From contig JAAOMT010000040.1 of NCBI GenBank assembly GCA_016748015.1, positions 186,001 to 250,000 of the forward strand: a stretch of 64,000 nt of DNA, written 5' to 3'. How positions within the stretch are numbered: position 1 is the stretch's first letter; each line of letters begins with the position of its first letter. This document shows positions 39,613 through 50,500 of this stretch, piece by piece. The stretch comes from Geosiphon pyriformis uo1 (lineage: Eukaryota > Fungi > Glomeromycota). Position numbers and translations under genes: made by a program. The notes below the pieces were generated by a model. That model ran no database searches. It was not told the DNA's origin and saw only the letters and a program-made list of their open reading frames with translations.

Positions 39613-40994
39613 ATGAATCCTGAAAACTACAACAATCTTAAACAATATCTGGAGACATTAACAATCCCAACAGATTGGTTCCCAGATGAAAAACGTCAGT
39701 TACAACAACAAGCCAAACAATACTTCTTACATAACAACATTATTTATTATCAAAACTTTAGAAACCCAGACAGTTCACTCAAATTAATACAAGAACATGA
39801 AAAAGAAACTATTTTATATAACATGCACTCAGACCCTTTATCAGCACATCTAAAAAAAGACAGCCACCCAGAGAACACTAGAATATTACTTTTGGTCTCG
39901 AATAAAAAAAGACATTCATGAATATGTTAAATCTTGTGATAATTGTCAAAGAAGAGAAGGAACTCACCCTACAGAACCTTTAAACCCAATCAAAGTTAGA
40001 CAGCCTTTTGACTGAGTTGGTATCGATTTAGTCAGACCACTATCTATCACAAACCAAGGAAACCATTATATTGCAATAGCCATAAACTATCTCATTAAAT
40101 GGCCTGAAGTCAGAGCCATTCAACAAGCAGATGCAAAATCAGTAGCAAATTTCATCTATGAAGACATTATCTGTAGACACAAATGCCCAATCAAACTTTT
40201 ATCCAATTAAGGAACATATTTTGTGAACAATCTAATTCAAGAAATCTGTAAACAATTCAATGTCAAAAGACCTTTGTCTTCGCCCTACCATCCACAGACA
40301 AACGGATTTGTGGAACATTTTAACAGAACATTGTGTGAGTCATTAGCCAAAGTCTCAACCAATTTTGAGCAAGAATGAGATATCTTTATTCTATCAGTGT
40401 TACTAGTATACAGAACACTAAAACAAAATACCACAAAATACACCATTTGATTTAACTTACAGAAGGACAGCAATGTTACCAATTAGTTTCACAGTGAAAA
40501 CATACCCAGCACAACCAATTGATAAAAACAATTTCCAGAAAACACTTCAATGAAGAGCCTACACTTTGCTTAGCACGTTGGAAAAAAAACAATGAATAGC
40601 AGCCACCCATATTAAACACTCCCAAGCTCAACAAAAAGAATGGCATGACAACAAATTGCCTCCAGTCACCAATAAATTTAAAGTTGGAAACAAAGTTCTC
40701 TTACACAGAACTAAAGCTAAAAAACAATGGAGTGGAAAATTCGAAAATAAATGGGATGGGCCATTTTTTATCCATAAAGTTCTAGGCAATGGATCATACA
40801 AGCTAAGACTTGATAACAAAATCCTAGCAAAAGTTGCACATAGAGATTGTTTGAAACACTATAATTCCAGAAACAATTCTGAACTATTAATTCCACAAAT
40901 TGGTACACATTCCCCTTTAATCAATCCTGAAGATATTTCCTAAAACTTAGAACCAATAGTTGTCATTGAACAACCCCCCAACTTGAACACTTAA
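39613..40994 (+). pseudogene. Element D integrase
   Basis: Starts MNPENY. HHCC (MHSDPLSAH..CDNC), GIDLV, YHPQTNG.VE, WDGPF..GNGSYKL, tail LEPIVVIE. No chromodomain seen. Confidence 0.9.
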
Positions 40995-41137
40995 TTTCAA
41001 TTTTACTATAGTTATTCCTTTATAATTTAGAAAAAATGTCACAACAAAAACAAAACAAAGCATGCTGAAAAACAAAAATAATATAAAAACCCACATACCA
41101 AAAATAATTTCAATTTTATTTTTCCAATTTCATTATA

Positions 41138-41857
41138 ATGACTATCCCTCAAAATATTCAACAGTTATCTCAAAAATTAATGTTAGCTTTAAAAACAATA
41201 TCCGAATTATCCATTACTATCACTGAAAAACATATTAATTATACCCAAACAGAAGTAGTTACAAATTTATCCCCAAATTTACGAAAGTATTACCCTTATA
41301 GAAAGAATACAAGAAGTTATTCTGGAATTCATTTACCAGAACTTTTGAAGCTTGCTTTAAGGGAAAACTTATTGCTTACTCCTATTAGTATTCCACCAAA
41401 TGCTACTATTCAACAAAAACTTCAACTGTGTTTTAATAAAGAAAACAGCAAATACCTCTCAATATATAGATATTTTTTCATTGGAAAAACACTTCACAAA
41501 CAAAAACTGGAGCTTACAGCAGCAAATCTCACAAAAAAAGTTATTCAGAAACAACTCCACAATGAATTCAAGACAACAGCTAGACCTACAAACAGCCGCT
41601 ATAAACTAAGAGCTGCTCTTAGACTTTATGACCTATTTTACACCTGTGAAAACGTCCTACAAAACCCAATTTTACAACTTTTGAAGATTCAATACATTGG
41701 AAAGCTTACAGAACTGAAATTTCAACAATTTTCAGACCAAATTTCTTCAATAATTTTGGATTATTATCTGGAAATTACAGACAGTACTTGGACTTTGATG
41801 GAGCTCAGTCTTGAGGAGGAGGTTATATTACCAGACAAAATTAGAGATATTATTTAG
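41138..41857 (+). CDS. Element D ORF3, 239-aa protein of unknown function overlapping the PPT and 3' LTR
   Basis: Uninterrupted ATG-to-stop ORF between IN and the LTR. Homologs sit at the same position in A, B, C, F, G and as a remnant in E. No signal peptide or transmembrane segment is visible. Confidence 0.85.
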   Translation: MTIPQNIQQLSQKLMLALKTISELSITITEKHINYTQTEVVTNLSPNLRKYYPYRKNTRSYSGIHLPELLKLALRENLLLTPISIPPNATIQQKLQLCFNKENSKYLSIYRYFFIGKTLHKQKLELTAANLTKKVIQKQLHNEFKTTARPTNSRYKLRAALRLYDLFYTCENVLQNPILQLLKIQYIGKLTELKFQQFSDQISSIILDYYLEITDSTWTLMELSLEEEVILPDKIRDII

Positions 41858-42806
41858 CATGAAATTATCTTTATAATTCTTATCATTAATTAGCATATAT
41901 TATCGTTCAAATTATCACTTATTATATTAACAAAATGTCTGAAATTATCATTTAATTAATAATCCAATTTGCACATAACATAAATATAACCTAATTGTGA
42001 TGATCAATCATGCAATACCCCGAACTATATAACATTCAAAAAGTTTGCCAAAATTTGTAGAAATTTGCCAAAATAATTGATAGTTTACCAAAATATCTAA
42101 TAGTTCACAGAAATAACTTGTAGTTCGCCAAAATGTATCTTTAGTTCAACAAATTTGTAGAAAATAGCAAAGTTCAAGTTCATAGAATAGTGTTACAACA
42201 AGTTGTATAAAAGAAAAGCTTCTCTTTTTGAGAAAATGTATCTTATTTTAGATTTATTACTTAGAACTATTCTTATACACACAAAAAGAAATAAATATCA
42301 AATAATTTGAAAAACCAAATTTTTTAATTATTGCACTTGGAAAATCCTCAAAACCCAACTAACATTTTGAAATTGATTAGCTACCAATTTCAGTAAACTG
42401 TTAGTGACTCCAGGCCTAGATAGAAAACGTTTCCCTTGATAAAATCATATTTCTTTTACATTTCTTTTATTTTTTCTTTTTTTTCTTATTACAATCATTA
42501 GGGTAGTCTACAGACAAGATTCCTGTAGAAGAGTTGACTTTCACAGCAAAGTAACTACACATTTTTTAGTAAGCTTCCAGACGAGCAATTTCTGGGAAAG
42601 AGTTGACATTTACTACAACATAACTACAGTCAAGTAACTGGCACAAAATTGGTCATTCCACTCATAAGTCCAGCAGTTCAAATTATAGGAAATAATTTGA
42701 AGATAAATTCAGTTACTGGAGGTCCAACTACTTCCTGAAAACGTGAATTCACAGCAAATCAACATTAATAACATTCAAGAAAAGAGACCAAAAACCTCCG
42801 GTAACA
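41826..42806 (+). repeat. 3' LTR of element D
   Basis: Direct repeat of 32923-33903, followed by TSD CTGG. Confidence 0.95.
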
Positions 42807-45800
42807 CTGGTTATTGTCAATAATTCAACCAAATTAATTCTAATTTAATCAAATAGTCATCTTACTTTAATTGGTTTTAGTGGTTTATTGAATTTAATTC
42901 TTTCTTTTTTCTGATAAACATCACAATTTTGCACATATTAAACAATATTTAAATACATTAATAATTAATAATATCTTTTTTTGGTTTTTTCTATTCTGAT
43001 TTCTTTATAAAATTATTCTGCTATTAAATCTAAGCATATATTGAATAGTATTGTTTTTTTTTTGGTTCTGTAATAATTTTGAATGACTGGTTTAGTTTTT
43101 TTTTGTTTTTTCAATATAGTATATTTTAATAAATAATATAGTATTTTGATTGTTGTTTTATGTTGTTTTGTTTTTTTTGAGATAATTTTTTTTTAAACTA
43201 TTAAGTATTAATATAATATTGAAGTTATTAATATTTTTGTGTATTCATTTTTTGACTTATTTTTCTGGTTAAAAATGTTTTAAATATGTTTTATGCATAA
43301 CAAACTATTAGTATTTCTATTTTTTTTTATAATATGCTATATATTAAAATAATAATAGTTCTATTTTTATTTTGTATGTTAATTATTTCTAAATTTTTGT
43401 TTTTTAATTGATATTAATTTTTTGTGGTTAGTATATACATTAAATTTCTAAATTAAGTATTTTTTTTATTTAATAACAGCCTAATAAATAGTTAAATATT
43501 TTAATGCTAAAGTTTTATAGTTTTTTTAGTTAAACTCAAACTTTAGCTAACATATGCTACTAAATATTCTTGTTTATTTAATCTTTTTTGTGACAGCTCA
43601 GCTTCTAAAACTTGGCTTAATATGTTTGTAATTATAATAAATAATTTGCTATGGTTTGGATAAATCAGTATTAGAGCTTAAATAAGCTTTCTTTATAATA
43701 TAGCAAAATTTTTTGCTGTTTTTTTGTCTATTCATATTTGGTATTTTTAATTTAGAGCTAGTATAGTAATTAAATCAGTTTAAATAAAGCAGTAGTAATA
43801 TTTAAAAAATTCCAAAAATGTTTTTAATTCTGTTAAGCTAGTAAGTCTTGAGAAATTTTTAACTATTTTGATTTTATTTGGATCTGTTTTGATGCTATTT
43901 TTGCTTATAATATGTTCTAAAAACTTGAATTCAGTTTTTTCAAAGAAATATTTTATTGTATTTAACTTTAATTTTGTTTCTTTCAACTTTTCAAACACTT
44001 ATTAAAAATAATAAAGATAATAATTAAATATTTTAGAAAATATATTAATATTATCTAAGTAGACTATTATTAATTTCCATAATAATTCAATATAAACAAT
44101 TTTTATTAGTTATTAGAAAGTAATTAGGGCATTGATTAAACCAAAAAGCATAATGTCAAATTTAAAATTCTTTTTTTTTGTGATAAATATTGTTTTTTCT
44201 TTAGTGCTAAATTTATACTAATACTAATTAAGTTATTTTTACCAAAAGCAGAAATATTGTTTGTGCTATTTTTTTATTTGGTTTAATAGTATATGTTTTT
44301 TCTGATTTATTTTGTAGTATTACAATAATATTTTTTACATATCTTGTATCAATTATTTTTCTTTTAATGTTAATTTTTTTTCCACTAAATTAGACTTAAA
44401 AGCTAATTAAACTATAATTGTTGCTAAAATTTTTAGTACTATCTTTAAATCTATGCTAATACATAAATAAAGTTCTAATTTAATGACAACTTTTCTAAAA
44501 TATCTGAGATTAAATCTAACATTAATATTATACACATATTTTAACATGATATTTTTATTATTATTGCTGAACTATTTAAGTTTTTGTTCTTTTAAAAGAT
44601 CTAAAAGTGTAATATATTATTTAAAATTGAAATTGAAGTTTGAATCATTATTGTTATTATTGTTATTGTAGATAATATTAAAACTATTATTGTTATTATC
44701 ATTAAAGTTTAAATTGTAATTAAATTTTAATTTTAATTTTGAAACATATTTACTAATTGGTTCTTTTTTTTTGGAAATTAAATAAATCATATGTGGTGGT
44801 AGATTGTAAATAAGATTACAATTATCACAATATTCAAAGTTACTAAAAATTAAGCAATATTTACAGAGTTTAGTATTTAATTATTTTAAATACTGCTTTT
44901 GTTTTTTTTGTATAGATGCTAGATCTTGGTAATATTTATAAAATTTTTTTAAGTTACTTATAATGTTAACAAAGATTTTTAGATTTGGAATGAAAATAAT
45001 TTTAACAGATTCTGGTAAATTGTTTTTAATTATAAGTATTTTATTAAACAAAGCACTTTTAACTTTAACATTTGCTATTTTTTAGATCTTGTTTTTGTTA
45101 TGTAAATAATTATTTAAATATAAAAAAGCTTTGTTCTATACAACATTAAAAAATGTTCTTTTGTTTATTTAGTTATTAATTAAAATTGTGTATTGACATA
45201 ATTTATTACATGTTTTTTCTTGACTAAAATGTTGTTTTATATTTTTTCATCTGAAAAAATTTTGTTACAAGCTAAACAAGATTTATTGTTCTATTTTTTC
45301 TGTTATTTTAAATGTCTAAAACATTTTTGGTGATATGTTTTGCAATAATAATAAGTACATGTTTCATATTTTTTTTGATAAGATATAAGCTTTCATGAAT
45401 AAAAGCTTCTTGTTGCAATTTTTGTATTTAAATAAGATGTAAAATAACTGTTTCTATGGTTTTAATATTAAATATAGAATATATTAATTGTTAACTGGTT
45501 TGTTTATGATAGTGGTAGCTTAAGATTTGTTTTTTTTCTTTTTTTTTTTATGTAGACACTAGTGATAACTTATTATGTTTTTCTTTGATCCAAAAAACTT
45601 GGTATGTTTCTTAGATAAGTTTTTCTTTTTTTTTCTCCAACTTGATTAATAATTGCTTTTTTAAATGGTTTTTAAAATAACTGCAAGTAATCAATATTTG
45701 ATTTTGCTAACTATTATAGTTAAGTTGAAGCTTTTAAGTATTTTAGTCAAATTTATGTTGGTTTTAAACAGCCAGTTATTATTAATAAAAGCTTAATACT

Positions 45801-46612
45801 ATATAACTTTATAACTAAAACTTTAATGAGCATAAAAATGTTGTTAATTTTAAACAAAAAGTTATTAATCTTGTCAATAAAAGTTTTTATTGTTTTATTA
45901 ATAATAATAATTTTGGTGTTAGCAGTTCAATCAATTCAATAATCTAATTAATCTATAAATTAGTGTATAATAATACTGTTTGTTAATTTACTATTAAAAA
46001 TTAGTTTAATAAAATAGTCATCAACTTTGGCATTAGTATATATAATAATAATTGGTTTAATATTTAAAGCAGTTCTACTAAAAAGAAATATTATTATTGG
46101 TTTTTTAAGTTTAAAAAAGAATATTGCAATAAGTAACTTATTTTCTGTAATAATAGCAGATGAAATATTGTTGATAAGTAGTTTCTGAACTTTTAAAATA
46201 CTGAATAAGATGTTTTCTAAAATTGTCAAAAGACTTAAATAACTCTGAGAATTCAGATTTTAGGTGTACTTACTTTTCAAATTTTACTGGCATGATTTTG
46301 TTTGTTGAATTAATATATTAAAGATCAGTTAATGTATAATTATTATTAATTTTCAGTTTTGTTGTATGTACATAATTCTCAGTTTTTGGCTTCTAGCTAA
46401 AATTTAAGCTAAATTTTGTGGTGGTATTTGAATTGGTTGGAGTTGATAAATGGCTTGTAACTATAATAGTTAATATATTACTTAGGAGTATAGTGTTTAA
46501 TAAATAAAAAGTACATATATTGAGTATGTTATTTAAAAGTAATAGAGCTAATACTAATAATAATCTAAGAATAAATTGTTGATATAGTTTGGAGTTTAAA
46601 ATTTGTAATTGG

Positions 46613-47591
46613 TGTTACCAGACAAAATTAGAGATATTATTTAGCATGAAATTATTTTTATAATTCCTATTATTAATTAGCATATATTATCATTCAAATT
46701 ATCACTTATTACATTAGCAAAATATCCGAAATTATCATTTAATTGATAACCCAATTTGTACAAAACACAAATGTGACTCAATTATGATGATCAATCATGC
46801 AATATCCCGAACTATGTAACATTCAAAAAGTTTGCCGAAATTTGTAGAAATTTGCCGAAATAATTGATAGTTCACCAAAATATCTAATAGTTCACAGAAA
46901 TAACTTGTAGTTTGCCAAAATGTATCTTTAGTTCAGCAAAATTGTAGAAAATAGCAAAGTTCAAGTTCATAAAATAGTGTTATGACAAGTTGTATAAAAG
47001 AAGAGCTTCTTTTTTTGAGAAAATGTATCTTACTTTAGATTTATCACTTAGAACTATTCCTACACACACAAAAAGAAATAAATATCAAATAATTCGAAAA
47101 ACCAAAATTTTTAATTATTGCACTTGGAAAATCCTCAAAAACCCAACCAACATTTTGAAATTGATTAGCTACCAATTTCAGTAAACTGTTAGTAACTCCA
47201 GGCCTGGATAGAAAACGTTTCCCTTAATAAAATCATATTTCTTTTACATTTCTTTTATTTTTCTTTCTTTTCTTATTACAATCATTAGGGTAGCCTACAG
47301 ACAAGATTTCTGTAGAAGAGTTGACTTTCACAGCAAAGTAACTATCCATTTTTAGTGAGCTTCTAGATGAACAATTCTTGGGAAAAAGTTGATATTTACT
47401 ACAACATAACTACATAAAGTAACTGGCATAGAATTGGCCATTCTACTCATAAGCCCAGCAGTTCAAATTATAGGAGATAATTTGAAAATAAATTCAGTTA
47501 CTGGAGGTCCAACTACTTCCTGGAAACGTGAATTCACAGCAAACCAACATTAACAACATTCAAGAAAAGAGACCAAAAACCTCTGATAACA
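46613..47591 (+). repeat. 5' LTR of element E
   Basis: Closely similar to the D LTRs. Confidence 0.93.
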
Positions 47592-50500
47592 TTTGGTGCT
47601 CTCTCACAGAAATAACACAGCAAAAACAACTTCAAAGTGGTGACCACACCAGACACAGCAACTCTAGAGTATTACCAGTCAATTTATACTCATTGCAAGC
47701 AAAGATTTAACATTTCAGACGAAATTGAAATTGTCAAGAGAACACTTTACCTATATATTGAAAACCATATCAACAATTATCTTCTTGGAAATTACAACAT
47801 TTCAGAAGTTAAAAGCAACCTCTACAATAATTTAGTGTACTATTCACAATTAGGAACTGAAGACCTTAACAGTAAAACACTTGCCACCTACTTTCAAAAA
47901 CTCAATTATAACATTATCAAGTATTGCGAAGAAAAATATTCAGTGCAGTCCAAATACTCTTTTGACTCTGAATCAGAAACTGAAACAAGCAACAAAGACA
48001 AACAAAAAGCAAAACAACACTCAAAAACCACTTCAAACACTCCAATACTGACAAAGACAACTGCCAAACACTTGCAAACACCTAAACAAGGAACCAGTAT
48101 CAAATTACCACTTTCTATTACACCATTTCCAATTTCACTTGCTCAACCACAAACACTAAATTCACCACTTATTCAGTTTTTAAGAATAGAAGATTTTCAG
48201 TCACCCAAAAGCCCTATTCAACAACAAAAACCAATATCAACCAGCACAAACCTTATTGACTACTTAGCAGAAAATCAAAGTGAAAAAACCGAATCAGAAC
48301 AAGAAACAGAAGACTCAGAAAATGAAAAAGAAATGGCCTCTACTTATATTGCAAAAATCCCTGACTTTTCAGGAGAGGACATTGAAACCAGTCCTTAAAA
48401 ATAGCTTGACCAAGTCACTAAAGCAGAAGATGCAAATGGTTGGAATGCTGTCAGAATGTTAAGAACTATCTTCTACTTTCTCAAAAGAATAGCAGGAGAA
48501 TGGTTTGAAAACTTGGCCACTCCATTCAATAATTGGGACACTTTCAAAGCAGCCTTTCTTGAACAGTTCACCAACAATAATACCTCCATCACCCTTCGAA
48601 ATTGGTTTCACAATATCAAACAAGAATTCTTCAAATCTGTTATGACTTATTTTGGAAAGTTTAACAAATTTCTCAGAAGGATTTGTCAACTAAAAACCAA
48701 TAATTATTACTCAAACACTCAAATTTTGGATCAATTTATTGCTAGTCTAAAAGATAAACTGATTAAAAAGGTTTGTCCACATGCCCCAGAAGATTTAAAT
48801 TCTGCTATACAGCATGCAAAAAGATATGAAATGGCCATGGAAGAGGCCAATTGCACAAAACTTGTAAATTTGGCAATTGGAGAAATCAGCTCAGCAGCTG
48901 AGGAGAAAATTGACCAACTCACAAAGAAAGTTGAAAACTATTTCACCAATCAACAACAACAGCAATCCCAAAGATATCAACCACTCCAAAGACGAAATCA
49001 AAATAACTTTGCACTACTTTTTAATAACCAGCCTCAGAATTGCCATTATTGTGGAATTCCAGGACATTGGAAACAAGATTGCAGAAAATTACAATGAGAC
49101 CAACAAAATAGAAGTAATCAATGTTATCCTCCACCACAGCAATCTTATTATCAACTACCACCACCAGCTTATTATCCACTAAAACCTCAATACCAAAGTA
49201 ACTATTATTAGCCCACCCCACAACCAACCCAACAGCAATACCAACAACCACCTACACAATATTATCAAGTGCCTGCTCGAAGATTGATTCCGCAAAATCA
49301 ATTCACACCACAAAACCAATACCAAGTAAACAACAATAGAATCAATTCAAACAACCAATTGGTTCCCTAAAATTCAGTTCAGCCAAGACCCAACTACTAT
49401 CATACTCAACCTAGTTATCTTACAATGCCAGAAGAACAGGATTTTTGCCATACTGCACTCTCAGAAGGTAGAGCTGCAGCACAACAACAAAACCTTTCTT
49501 ATACTTTCACCATAATCCCACCAGCCAGAATTGCTGAAAATGCCAACCTTTTAGATATATTCCCTTTCGAATTTGAAGCAAATGAATCACCATTCTTGCT
49601 TAGCAATACAGCGGCTAATGAGCAAAAAACCATTACTGCAATATACACAGAAGCTGAAGTAAAAGGAAAGCCAATTCACTTGATCCTAGACAGTAGATCC
49701 ACCAGAAGCATCATTACATATCAATTGATGCAGCAGCTAAAGAGAAACATTAACCGACTAGCTCAGACAATCATTGTCACTGCCGATAGCATGAAAAAGA
49801 CTCCAGTAAGAGAAATTGACAACTTCCCATTCACAATTGATGGAATTACCATTCTAGTCAAAGTTCTGGTCATGAATGCTCCCCAATACCAAGCTCTTGT
49901 CAGAAACAATTGGCTCCAAAAAGCCAATGCTAATCTGAATTGGGAGACACAAAAGTTAACAATCTCCTACCAAGGACAACATGCCCGGGTACCTGCCACT
50001 TGTGATACATTCAACAAATGCTCCGAAAAAGCCTCAGCTTTTGAATTCGAACTAAAAGAAAAAAAACCCATCAGTGAAACATTTATAATACTTGGATCAA
50101 TCTCCAATTGGGCTGATAAAACTGAACAACAGTATTTTTCAACAAACGATTCTCTTGAAACAAAAGAACCAGTAACATCTGAATAGAATGTCCTCTATTC
50201 AAAACCAAAACCACAAAAACAATGCCCTTATATTCCACTCAAATGCAAAAATTGTCACAAGAAACTTTCATCAATGAGAGCCTGCATTTTATTTGAAGAA
50301 GAATATAGAAATCATATTTGTTATTACTGCAAGACATGTCACAGAGAACAATGGGGCCATCTAATAAAAAGAAGTGGAAAATGGGACAACACCCCTTGTT
50401 TGACTTGTGGAAATATGTTACCAGAAGAATACAATTGGATTGATGTAGCAATGAGAGGAGAAGTCTGTGATCAAACCTGCCAATATGCTTTATCAATTTC

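Larger units (their letters stand above)
32923..42806 (+). mobile_element. Element D: best-preserved full-length Gypsy LTR retrotransposon, nested in B
   Basis: 981-bp LTRs at 32923-33903 and 41826-42806, PBS TTTGGTGCTCTTCC, PPT GAGGAGGAGGTTA, perfect TSD CTGG/CTGG. Confidence 0.96.
20758..46612 (-). mobile_element. Element B: old family-A-like Gypsy element, split into 20758-22483, 32349-32922 and 42807-46612 by nested C and D, truncated by E
   Basis: Reverse-complement homology to A in the order 3'LTR, PPT, ORF3, IN, RH, RT (ORF 43780-43998), dUTPase, Cys-rich, PR, gag end. Sequence rejoins across C and D. No 5' LTR in the window. Confidence 0.85.

Noticed and set aside
40656-40994. Chromodomain at the integrase C-terminus (chromovirus)
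   Set aside because: No aromatic-cage or Y.VKW.G pattern; the frame ends shortly after the GPF/SH3-like region.
41138-41857. ORF3 as an env gene, or as selectively intact in D
   Set aside because: No signal peptide, furin site or TM anchor is visible. Stop-free stretches of similar length (251 aa) survive in the dead polyprotein, so intactness alone is not evidence of current function.
46990-47184. 64-aa ORF repeated in both E LTRs
   Set aside because: Starts at TTG overlapping the TATA box, is duplicated only because the LTR is, and is not conserved in C.
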